A DNA stretch of 64,000 nucleotides, from the NCBI GenBank assembly GCA_951406725.2, contig OX597839.1, forward strand, positions 4,836,001 to 4,900,000, given 5' to 3'. Numbering within the stretch: position 1 is the stretch's first letter; each line of letters begins with the position of its first letter. Origin of the DNA: Octopus vulgaris (Eukaryota). The position numbers and the translations under genes were made by a program. Positions 15,008-27,514 of the stretch are shown here, piece by piece. The notes beneath the pieces are model-generated. The model did no database searches. It was not told the origin of the DNA and saw nothing but the letters and a program-made list of their open reading frames with translations.

Positions 15008-15610
15008 GTAATACAAATATTGTTGGTATTAATGACAAAAACCAAAATCATCGTTATCAACGACGGCAATGGCAACAACAACAACAATAGCAACAATAAT
15101 GATGATGATGATGATGATGATAATAAATAATAATAATAGAGATGGAGGAAAAGCATTGATGAAAAAGCAGCATGAAAGGAGCAGAATTAGACGAAGAGGA
15201 AGAGGAAGAAGAAGAGGAGGAGGAAGAAAAGAAGAAGAAGAGGAGGAAGAAAAGAAGAAGAGGAGGAGGAAAAAAGAAGAAGAGGAGGAAGAAAAGCAGA
15301 AGAAAAGGAGGAAGAAAGAAGAAGTAGAAGAAGAGGAATAAGAAGAAGTAGAAGAAGAGGAATAAGAAGAAGTAGAAGAGGAAGAAGGAGAAGAAGAAGA
15401 GGAGGAAGAAAAGAAGTGGAAGAGGTATGATAATAATAAGAAGAACAAGAAGAAGTAGAATTAGAAGAAGGACAAGAAGAAGAAGTAGAATTAGAAGAAG
15501 AAGAAGTAGAAGTAGAATAAGAGGAAGTAGAAGAAGAAGTAGAAGAAGTAGAATAAGCGGAAGAAGAAGAAGTAGAAGAAGAGGAAGTAGAAGAAGAAGA
15601 AGAAGAAAAA
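14659..15610. repeat. Trinucleotide field (CTG/CTA, AAT, GAA/GAG/GTA)
   Basis: Directly visible. Confidence 0.95.
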
Positions 15611-15798
15611 CTATGGAGATAATGAGGATGGAGAAGGTGTAGAGAATAGAAAAAAGAATGAGAAGGAAGATTAAAAGATCGGGAAGTGGGTGGGGTTGTT
15701 GAGAGAGGAAGAGGGTTGGTGAAGAGGATATAAGTGGTCGGGACTTTGACTGTATGATATGTGGAGTGAGGGAGTGTCGGCTCCAATAAAATATCGAT

Positions 15799-16497
15799 TG
15801 CAACGGATAAGCACCTAGTGATAATGATGCAGATGTGAATTATATATGGTGATGATCGATCAACAAATTAAAATGCAACTAAAAAGAAACGCAACATGAT
15901 TCAGGTGTAACGCTTGAAGTGCATTTCTGAATTTGAAACAGAGAAGATGCTGCGTATACGAGGCAACAAAGAAGCTTTGATTTGATGCATAATGTGCATT
16001 GCTGGATCTGCGGCTCATCAAGTGGAACTTATATGCAGCACAAACCGTGAATTAATGCAGGTGCAAAACACATGGTAATTCGCTAAATGTGCAACATATA
16101 AAATGCAACACAACGTACATCAGATATTATATATGTGCAACAAATAATGCAAAACAAATACGCGGAGCAACAGATATTGTGAATTATTAATGAATGTGCA
16201 GTAGAGTAGGTGCATCAGAGAAGATGGATTACAGATGTTGCAGCGTTAAAGGTGCATCGCACAAAGTTTTATCACTTAAGTTGCAAGACAAGGTGGAACC
16301 TATAATGCAAAACACAAAACTGCATTATTGAGTGAATACAACCCGAGGAGCTGTTTATTAAGTGAAATGCATAACATGGAGATCATAAAATGCATCAGAT
16401 ATGTGCAGCATTTTGCAGAGGCAATACACATGATTACGTACATAATGCAAAATAAAAATACATCAAGTGGGTTTATATTACATGAATATATGCAACA
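15799..16497. repeat. Cryptic TGCA-rich degenerate tandem repeat
   Basis: About 26 TGCA words in ~700 bp by manual count, recurring as atgcaaca/gtgcaaca/gtgcatca, with catcaagtgg repeated. Confidence 0.6.
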
Positions 16498-16526
16498 CGT
16501 AGAAAACAGTAAATAATATCGAAATA

Positions 16527-16775
16527 ACTCTTTCTACTATATGCACAAGGATGGAAATTCCGGAGGCGGAAGCCAGTCGATTATATTGTCTCCACTGCTC
16601 AACTGGCACTTATTTCATCAACGTCGAAAGAATGAAAGGAATTTGTACTCAGAACGTAAAATCGGAGGAAATGGCGTTCAGCAATTTTTCCAGCGTGCTA
16701 ACAATTCTTTTCTACTCTAGGCACAAGGTCCGAAATTCTTTTGGGGAGGGGTGGGGCTGTCGATTAGATCGACTC
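16527..16775 (-). mobile_element. SINE family A variant fragments with alternative tail (ttctactctaggcacaagg)
   Basis: Reverse-complement family A core (gtcgatta...aactggcacttattt...gaaagaatgaaagg...ctcagaacg) with a different 3' end, also seen at 49195-49652. Confidence 0.7.
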
Positions 16776-16792
16776 CCTTTTTTTTATGCATA

Positions 16793-17177
16793 ATTTCTTT
16801 ATTGCCCACAAGGCGCTAAACATAGAGGGGACAAACAAGGACAGACAGACGGATTAAGTCGATTATAACGACCACAGTGCGTAACTCGGACTTGCTAAAG
16901 GCAAAGTCGACCTTGGCGGAATTTGAACTCAGAACCTAACGGCAGAAGAAATACCTATTTCTTTACTACCCACAAGGGGCTAAACACAGAGGTGACAAAC
17001 AAGGCCAGACAAACGGATTGAGTCGATTATATCGACCCCAGTGCGTAACTGCTACTTATTTAATCGACCCCGAAAGGATGAAAGGCAAAGTCGAGATTGG
17101 CGGAATTTGAATTCAGAACGTAACGTCAGATGAAATACCTATTTCTTTACTACCCACAAGAGAGCACAAACAAGGAC
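16793..17177 (-). mobile_element. Tandem array of 5'-truncated SINE family A units
   Basis: Units 16793-16955, 16956-17139 and partial 17140-17177, joined at the same junction gaaatacc|tatttctttac. Confidence 0.88.
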
Positions 17178-17339
17178 AGTTCAAATTCCGCCGAGGTCGA
17201 CTTTGCCTTTCATCCTTTCGGGGCCGATAAATAAAGTACCAGTTACGCACTGGGGTCGATGTAATCGACTTAATCCGTTTGTCTGTCCTTGTTTGTCCCC
17301 TCTATGTTTAGCCCCTTGTGGGTAGTAAAGAAAGAAATA
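17178..17339 (+). mobile_element. SINE family A, 5'-truncated, inverted relative to the adjacent array
   Basis: agttcaaattccgccgaggtcgac...ggtagtaaagaaa. Confidence 0.9.
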
Positions 17340-17594
17340 TGTAGTTCACATGACAAATTGTCGCGTTGAAGGAGCAACTTATAAAGAGCTGATCCTTCCG
17401 TGTGGAAGACATGTGTTGCAAGGAATATAGCCTAACATATAATTGTACACATGAAGGGTGAATCAAAAAATATGCGCCATAGTTTTCAGGTTTAAGTAAA
17501 GATTTTATAAATTTTTTCTGTGAATTTGTACTGTTTTTTTGTTTTGTTATTCTTGGTGTCAAATCGCATTTGCTGCTGTTGGAGACGTTTCTGT

Positions 17595-18013
17595 TGATGT
17601 CGTTGTTATTGTAATTGTTGTTGTTATTGTTGCCAATGTTTATATGACGAATGTCAACGATGTAGCTAGTGGTGGTGGTGGTGATGATGCTAACGATGTA
17701 GCTGCTGTTCTGCTGCTGTTGATGGTGAATATGATGATGATGATCATGATGATGATAATTATGATGACGATGACGATGATGATGATGATGATGTTAATGA
17801 TGATGATGATGACGATGAAGATGATGTTGATGATGATCATGATGAAGTTGACGATGGTGATGATGATGATGAGGAGGAGGAGGATATGGAGGATGAAGAT
17901 ATAGGCAAAAGAGGAGCGGCATGATGATCATAACGTCGATTTTTGATGATGATAATCACGATCATATGTGTGCTGCTGCTGTTGCCGCTACTACTACCAC
18001 CACTACTACTACC

Positions 18014-18082
<69 letters not shown>

Positions 18083-18310
18083 GATAATAATAATAATGAT
18101 AATAATAATAATAATAATAACAACAATAGTAATAGAAACGAAGCTCGTGATGACGAGGACGAGGATTATGCTGATGTGAATGATAATGATTATTATTATG
18201 ACGACAAGGAAAACGATGATGCTGATGATGGTAATGATGGTAATGATGATGATGATGATGATGACGAGGAGGAGGAGGAGGATGTTGACGATGATTGTGC
18301 TGAAGATGGT
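17595..18310. repeat. Trinucleotide field (GTT, GAT, CTA, ATT, AAT, GAG)
   Basis: Directly visible. Confidence 0.9.
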
Positions 18311-18465
18311 GACGGTGCTGTTCCTGCTGGATTTTTGTCGGTATTGCTGGTATAGCTGTAATATTGTGATTTTATTTCAATTTCGACAGATCGCATGAAC
18401 ATAATTAATAGGTGCAATGGCGAAGGTAAATCTTTAGAGAAACAAAAGAAAAGAAAATTGTATGC

Positions 18466-18503
<38 letters not shown>

Positions 18504-18649
18504 TGTGTGTGTGTACACGTGTGTGGGTGTATATATTTATACAAATATATATATGTATATGTATATATATATGTATGCATATATGTTTATATATACAGAT
18601 ATATATATGTGAGTGTGTATGTGTGTATATATATATATATGTGAGTGTC

Positions 18650-18704
<55 letters not shown>

Positions 18705-18852
18705 GTATATATAAATATATGTATGCATACCTGTATGTATATGTGTATGAACAGACACACATAAAAATGCTTTGAATATTCAATAACGTAGGACTGTAAA
18801 GAGGAATATAAAACAGGCAAAGTGTATAATCATAATTTTTTTTGAAAATGTG

Positions 18853-18893
<41 letters not shown>

Positions 18894-19121
18894 TAATAAT
18901 AATATTGATAAGAGCACCAATAAAAAGAAGTGTAATAATGATAGCTATAGTATTAACGGGAAATAAAATCAATATTTTATGGGAAATCAAACTACAAAAT
19001 ATAAAGTGAATGGTGTAGCGTTTTCACACACACACACATACACAAACACACAAACACACATGCATATATATACATATGTATATAGACACTTTCATACATA
19101 TATACATATATACATGTGCCA

Positions 19122-19172
<51 letters not shown>

Positions 19173-19386
19173 GTATATAGAGACATACCAATATGCATAC
19201 GTATATAAACGCTTACAAACGCCAACACAGCATCCAGAGGCATTATATTCATACATACATACATACATAGATACATATATATGTGTATATATATATATAT
19301 ATATGCATAAGTGTGAAAATGTATGCGGATAGTATCGTGCGTAATATATATATATATATATATGTATATATGCATATACATATATT

Positions 19387-19418
<32 letters not shown>

Positions 19419-20368
19419 TACACTCCGTTTATTGTTGTTGTTGATGTTGCTGCTATTAGTATTTCAGCTTTGATATTGCTGTTGCTGTTCAGCGTGATTC
19501 CGAAGCATTTGCTATTTGCCATTCTCATTCCCTCCCTCCCTCCCTTTTCCGCACTCTTGTCTCTCTTTGTCTCTCTCTCTCTTTTCTCTGTGCCTCTCTA
19601 TCAATTACCACTCTTTCTCCTCATATGCCACTTCTCACTCTCAAGAGTTATCCTTTGCGCTTTACCTCCCACTCATTCTCATACACTGTTTGTCTTTTTC
19701 CTCTAACAGGTATTCGATATATATTTTTTTCCCTTTCGTTTTACTTTGCTTTTAATTTTTAGCGGCCATTTTGTTTTTATTCTCCTTTAGTCGATGATGG
19801 CTGCCACTTTCTTTTCTTTTCTTTTCTTCGCAAAAATACATTAGAGCGAAAATTAAGGGGTAGATAGTATGTTATTCGGTTAATGCATCGACTTTTATTT
19901 TATATTTAAAAAATAAATAAATGACAAAGGAAAAGAAAAACAACACAACAAGAATATGAAACAAATCCAAAATTAAGCGAAGAAAAACAATATATTGTCA
20001 GCAGGAGAGAGAAAACTATCTTTTTCTCTCACTTTATATATGGATGTGTGTAAATGTGATTCTGTGTGTTTGTGTGCATTTCAGAGTAAGAGGCAGAGGG
20101 CGTTTCTGTGTATGTGTATCAATGTCTATCTCGTTCGAACTCTCTCCAACTCTCTCTCTCTCTCTATCCTTTTCCTCTTCTTTTTCTTCTTCTCTTCTCT
20201 CTTTCTCTCTCTGTCTCTCATTCTCTCTGTCTTTCTATGTATGTATATATATATATGTGTGTGTGTTTATATGTATTTGTGTACACACACATCCACGTAA
20301 ATGTTCAGACTTACAATATAATCGAATATAGACATGTATTTATGCATACATACATACATGCCTACATG

Positions 20369-20400
<32 letters not shown>

Positions 20401-20401
20401 T

Positions 20402-20442
<41 letters not shown>

Positions 20443-20736
20443 GATAGATAGATATATATAGATGTATATATATACCTGGATATAGATATATATATACACA
20501 TATATAAATATTAATGTGTATATATATATGTATATATATATATATATATGCATAGTCATACGCACATGCATGTATGCGTATATACATATATATTTGTGTT
20601 CACACCTATGTACTTATGTATATGTGCGTGTTTGTGTATGTATCTGTATGTGCGTGTGTAAGCCTGCGTGTCTTGATCTATATATATATATATATATACA
20701 TATACATGTGTGTATACATATATATGCATGTATATG

Positions 20737-20777
<41 letters not shown>

Positions 20778-20800
20778 ATACATATATATGCATGTATATG

Positions 20801-20850
<50 letters not shown>

Positions 20851-21345
20851 CGACCATCATTTATGGAAGCAATGCCGGTAATGTAATAACAGTGTTGTTA
20901 TGCATATGTTTGAGAAGGCATTTACGATTATCGACAGTATCAATGAAAGAGCAGCATGTAGAGAGTGAAGAAGATGGCGTCGGTTGTGAAGTGGGTAGGG
21001 CTTGTTACTGTGGTAGGAACAGAGGTACAGGTGGTTGGGAATTTTGTCGCAATTAACAGCGTATGTGTTTTAAAAAGAGGCTCGTTTTTTTTATTTATAT
21101 GCATGTGCATATACACCCTCAGTTATATACATATACAAGCGTATATATATACATACATATATATATATGCAAATGTATACATATGAACGTATATATGAAT
21201 ATAATGTGCATGTATAGACACACGCACACAAACTCACACACACACAAACACTCACACGTACACAAACACACACATAACTGATATATATATATATATATAT
21301 ATAATTAAATGTAGATGTATACATATATATTTACAGACATATATT

Positions 21346-21392
<47 letters not shown>

Positions 21393-21543
21393 ATACATAT
21401 ACATATATATATATGCGTATATACATACATACATATGTGTTTGTGTACATGCCTATACATATAAATGTGTCGTTTGCAGTATGTGTATATACGTGTCTAC
21501 ATGTATATGTGCCAGCATATAACATGTATGTGTATGCATATAC

Positions 21544-21598
<55 letters not shown>

Positions 21599-22195
21599 CA
21601 TACATATATATATACATATGTATACATATATATATATATATATATGTATGTATATATAAATGTATACATATATATATATGTATGCATATATAAATGTATA
21701 CATATATATATATGTATGCATATATATATGTGTGTATGTATGTCCCTTTTGTTGCCTTTCTTCTGATTATGTAAAAAAAATATGCACTATGTTTTAAAGC
21801 CTAAATGACTTAACTTAGATTCTCCAAGCAGTCGCTTTTCGGCATATAATTTTTATTTTAATACAAATACGTATCTACAATCATATTTTTCAAGTTGGTA
21901 TTTAATGTGAAACATTTGGCGAGTGTTTATTAAAAAGCGCGATTTTATGACATAATAAGAAATACCTTTCATTATGTATTATTCTATATAATCTCCAGTA
22001 ATTTTTTTAAACTGATATATAATATAGAAAAACATTAAGCCATTTTGACAAAACTCTGTTACCTTCAGCATGAGCTCAACTTCAAACAGCAATTCTTTTC
22101 CTGCGATGTGACAGTTTGATAAACAAATGTCAACTTCATACAATACGTGATCGTTCGCACAAACATGTCAGTGAGTAAAGCATGTGTGTATAGAT

Positions 22196-22414
22196 CAGTG
22201 GTTTTCAACCAGGGTTCCGCGGAACCTTGGGTTTCCGCCAGTACAGTTCAGAGGTTCCGCAAGAAGTTACAAAACTGCAAAAATCGGCAGTAATTTTTAA
22301 GTCGCCTGTGCAGATATGTGTGCATAAGACTATTAACTTATTGCACAGGGGTTCCTCGAGCCAGTGGAATGCTTCCTTGGGGTTCCGCTCCAACAAAAAG
22401 TTTGAAAAGCACTG
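22196..22414. mobile_element. hAT (Charlie-like) MITE, 219 bp
   Basis: TIRs cagtggttttcaacc / gtttgaaaagcactg. 8-bp TSD gtatagat (22188-22195) / gtacagat (22415-22422). Reiterated subterminal ggttcc motifs. Confidence 0.9.
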
Positions 22415-22449
22415 GTACAGATTCATCTTTGGCTATATTGAAGGAAACT

Positions 22450-22683
22450 AAGACGGCGAGCTGGCAGAAACGTTACCACGCCGGGGCGAAATGCGTAACC
22501 GTATTTCGTCTGTCGTTGCGTTCCGAGTTCAAATTCCGCCGAGGTCGACTTTGCCTATCTTCCTTTCGGGGTCGTTAAATTAAGTACCAGTTACGCACGG
22601 GGTCGATATAATCGACTTAATCCGTTTGTCTGTCCTTGTTTGTCCCCCCCTCTGTTTAGCCCCTTGTGTGCAGTAAAGAGATA
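22450..22683 (+). mobile_element. SINE family A, full length
   Basis: Matches 2693-2921. TSD tatattgaaggaa at 22434-22446 and 22684-22696. Confidence 0.92.
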
Positions 22684-22730
22684 TATATTGAAGGAACCTG
22701 TGTGTGTTTATATATATAGCATAATTTGCC

Positions 22731-22793
<63 letters not shown>

Positions 22794-22845
22794 GTGTGTG
22801 TTTATAAATATATATATATATATATATATACATACACACTCATTT

Positions 22846-23239
22846 ATTCTTTTACTTGTATCAGTCATCTGACTGTGGCTATGCTGGAGCACCGCCTTTT
22901 AGTCGACCAAATTGATCCCAGGTTTTATTCCTTGTAAGCCTTGTACTTATTTTGCCGAACCGCTAGGTTACGGGGACGTAAACACACCATCATTAGTTGT
23001 CAAGCGATGTTGGGGGGGGGGACAAACACAGACACACAAACATACACACACACACACACATATATATATACATATATACGACGGGCTTCTTTCAGTTTCC
23101 GTCTACCAAATCCACTCACAAGGCTTTGGTCGGCCCGATGCAATAGTAGAAGACACTTGCCAAAGGTGCCACGCAGTGGGACTGAACCCAGAACTATGTG
23201 GTTGATAAGCAAGCTTCATACCACACAGCCACTCCCGCG
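22846..23239 (-). mobile_element. SINE family C, full length
   Basis: Reverse complement of 48186-48606, including the internal TA/TG microsatellite and tail. Confidence 0.92.
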
Positions 23240-23504
23240 ACTTCGACAAATCACATATATGTTGCATCTAATGCACATATTATTGACGACACACAGACAT
23301 GGCATTAACAACATATACACGACACGAAATTGGCAACTGAAATCACGTGTTAACAGCAACATTGCGCAATGTATGACAAATGAATGATCGCACAGTTTGA
23401 ACACCTTTGCAGTTTCGCTTGAGGGCTTACACGAACTTTAAACAATAGTTTAGATATACTTATGCACACAGACAAACATATATGCGAGTGAGATTGCATG
23501 TGCG

Positions 23505-23537
<33 letters not shown>

Positions 23538-23614
23538 GTGGAAGAGTGCGTGTGCACGCGTGTATGCAGGTAATCATATAGATAATCATATACACATACA
23601 CATTGATACGTATT

Positions 23615-23731
23615 TATATATATATATACATATACACATATATATATACATATATACATATATATATACATATATATATATATACATATATATATGCATA
23701 TATATATATATACATATATATATACATATAC

Positions 23732-23781
<50 letters not shown>

Positions 23782-23785
23782 ATAC

Positions 23786-23864
<79 letters not shown>

Positions 23865-24129
23865 CATGTATATATACATATATATATACATATATATATA
23901 CATATACATGTATATATACATATATATATATACATATACATGTATATATACATATATATATACATATATATATACATATACATGTATATATACATATATA
24001 TATATACATATACATGTATATATACATATATATACATATACATGTATATATACATATATATATACATATATATATATATACATATATATATACATATATA
24101 TATATATACATATATATATATACATATAC

Positions 24130-24176
<47 letters not shown>

Positions 24177-24197
24177 CATATATATACATATATATAC

Positions 24198-24228
<31 letters not shown>

Positions 24229-24257
24229 CATATACATACATATATATATACATATAC

Positions 24258-24308
<51 letters not shown>

Positions 24309-24315
24309 CATATAC

Positions 24316-24347
<32 letters not shown>

Positions 24348-24602
24348 ACATATACATGTATATATACATATATATATATATATACATATACATGTATATA
24401 TACATATATATATATATACATATACATGTATATATACATATATATATATACATATACATGTATATATACATATATATATGTACATATACATGTATATATA
24501 CATATATATATATACATATACATGTATATATACATATATATACATATATATATCTATACATATATATACATATATATGCAAATATATATATATATATATA
24601 TA
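23615..24602. repeat. ~1-kb (TA)n-derived array with higher-order unit tatatacatatacatg
   Basis: Directly visible. Confidence 0.97.
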
Positions 24603-25464
24603 TTATTAGTGAATTGAAGAAATGGAGTTGAACGAAGATTGAACAGAAATCCTTTTATTGCATTCTACACGTGTTTCGAAGACCACAATTTACCAAATTC
24701 CGATTGAATAAGGAGACCATATTGTGTCTTTCTCTTCAGGAAGAAAAAGGAATTCCGTTGGCAGAACAAAAACAGAACAGAGGCGCAGCAAAGCAAATCG
24801 AACGAGGCGGCTCCTAAGAGCCCATGGCCAAACTGTTTATCAATGTTGAAATCGGGTGGTGGGCGCGTTGAAGATATTTACAGGTCAGGCAGCGGTCAAT
24901 CCGGTGGGTGAGAGCATTGGGTGCGTAGATGTTCTTTGTGATCGAGACTAAGGTTCTGACTATTTTAAGAATATTAGGTGTATTATGTGGGGCGAGGCAA
25001 AATCTACTTAGAAACATGTGTGTGTGAGCTGTTCTATATGTGCGCGGCTTTAAGTTGGTAAAAAGCACTGCCCAATGGTCACTGCTGAAAAATCTGTCAG
25101 GCGGCAGAAATTATTTTATGTGTACGTGTGTTCGTCTAATCATGCTTTGTCAAAAAAACCTCACGTCGTCAAAACAAAACACCATTCGCCTAATGGGAGT
25201 AATTCCCCTTGCAATGGTTAATCAAATCTATCTTAAAAGGCTATTTCAAAAAATCATTTCCAAGGGCTATTTTCATATAAGTAGGGTAACCGGGTGCAGG
25301 TATCATTTGTAAGCGTCATTTATAAGCAAGATAAGTAAAACGCCGCCAATGGGGGCATCGAAAAGCCGACTGCAAAAGTCCGTTTACCATTCTGTCTCTG
25401 GCGAACAATATATGGAAAAGCTCAGAGACACAAAGGTTGCACTTCCTTCTGCCCCTATCAAATG

Positions 25465-25465
<1 letters not shown>
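24603..25465 (-). mobile_element. 3' end of a Penelope-like element: ORF C-terminus, 3' region and hammerhead
   Basis: 25465->25316 reads [48 protein letters not shown], matching the CxLCxxE...N...CxH..F C-terminus of PLE GIY-YIG proteins. A same-strand hammerhead lies ~570 nt downstream. The whole island is inside (TA)n. Confidence 0.75.
24663..24742 (-). ncRNA. Type I minimal hammerhead ribozyme (GUA site)
   Basis: UUC-CUGAAGA-GAAAGACACAAU...AUUGUGGUCUUC-GAAA-C-ACGU-GUA-GAA: intact core, bulged stem II, palindromic loop III, short stem I. Confidence 0.75.
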
Positions 25466-26232
<767 letters not shown>

Positions 26233-26447
26233 ATGAGTATGTGTGTATGAGCGAATGTGTGTGTCTGTGTGTGTGTCTGGAATATACTCCTTATCACACC
26301 CCGGTTCCTATTAGGACGCTGTGACCGGAATGAATAACAAGAATGAATTCCGATAGATACACGACGCAGTTATAACCGATAAGCCAGCCGCCTATTATAA
26401 CGATGCACTAGAGAGGAGCGGTTTTAGAGAAAAAAAACACAAAGTCT

Positions 26448-26647
26448 GTGCTTGTCCCCCCCAACATCGCTTGAAAACCGATGCTGGTGTGTTTACGTCC
26501 CCGTAACTTAGCGGTTCGGCAAAAGAGACCGATAGAATAAGTACTAGGGTTACAAGGAATAAGTCCTGGAGTCGAATTGCTCGACTAAAGGCGGTGCTCC
26601 AGCATGGCCGCAGTCAAATGACTGAAGCAAGTAAAAGGGTAAAAGAG
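26448..26647 (+). mobile_element. SINE family C 3' half
   Basis: ttgtccccccaacatcgcttg...aaggcggtgctccagcatggccgcagtcaaatgactgaagcaagtaaaag. Confidence 0.9.
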
Positions 26648-26696
26648 TCATTACTAGGTGCCACTGAGTTTTAATCTTTATATTTTATATGTTACA

Positions 26697-26850
26697 TCTT
26701 GCTTGTTTCAGTCATTTACAGCGGCCAAGCTGGGGTACTGCCTTGAATTTTTGGTCGAGTGAATCAACCACAGTAAAGTTCGGTACGTGGACGTAAACAC
26801 ACCAACACCAGTTGTCAAGCAATGGTGGGGAATAAACAGACACAAAGTCA
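26697..26850 (-). mobile_element. SINE family C 3' half, internally deleted
   Basis: cttgtttcagtcattt...ggacgtaaacacaccaacaccagttgtcaagc. Confidence 0.75.
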
Positions 26851-26863
26851 CACATGCATACTC

Positions 26864-26901
<38 letters not shown>

Positions 26902-27252
26902 GTGGAGGCGCAATGGCCTAGTGGTCAGGGCAGCGGACTCGCGGTCGTAGGATCGCGGTTTCGATTCCCAGACCGGGCGTTGTGAGTGTTTATTGAGCGA
27001 AAACACCTAAAAGCTCCACGAGGCCCCGGCAGGGGGTGGTGATTCCTGCTGTACTCTTTCACCACTCTTTCTCCCCACTCTTTCTTCTGTTGGCCAGCTC
27101 GCTTAGCCAGCGGGGTGGCGTCATTCGAAGGCTAAAACAATGCAAATGCATTGTGACTAGCAACGTCTGATGGTCTGGTCGGTCACGTGATCACGGTCTG
27201 GTCGGTCACGTGATCACGGTCTGGTCGGTCATGGTCTGGTCGGTCACGTGAT
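26902..27252 (+). mobile_element. SINE family B with tail type 2, ending in 23-bp tandem repeats
   Basis: Family B head; tail ttcttctgttggcc...; ggtctggtcggtcacgtgatcac reiterated at 27172-27252. Confidence 0.9.
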
Positions 27253-27297
27253 ATATATATATATATATTATATGTGTATGTATACACACAGACACAA

Positions 27298-27351
<54 letters not shown>

Positions 27352-27404
27352 CTATATGTATTTATGTATGTATGTATATATATATATATATATATGTATT
27401 ATAT

Positions 27405-27510
27405 ATATTATATAAAATCCGTTCTGTCTGTCTGTGTGTGTGTCTTCTTGGATCGCGGGCATCCTCCATCCGATTGCGCTCAAATTTGATATGTAGATAC
27501 CGACGTATCT
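27405..27510 (+). mobile_element. Possible non-autonomous Helitron-type 5' end
   Basis: tatataaaat...(ctgt)n(gt)n...ccgattgcgctcaaatttg resembles the 5' layout of non-autonomous Helitrons. No canonical TC start visible. Confidence 0.35.
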
Positions 27511-27514
27511 ACAT

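Noticed and set aside
14179-15803. Poly-Ser/Leu/Thr/Arg ORFs
   Set aside because: Triplet microsatellite translations.
19530-19712. Long polypyrimidine tract ending ctaacag (splice-acceptor-like)
   Set aside because: No credible exon or donor downstream; CT-rich tracts are common here.
24814-25068. 84-aa ORF with RCLTCKY inside the PLE island
   Set aside because: It lies downstream of the PLE stop codon and has only one CxxC; not enough to call a separate gene.
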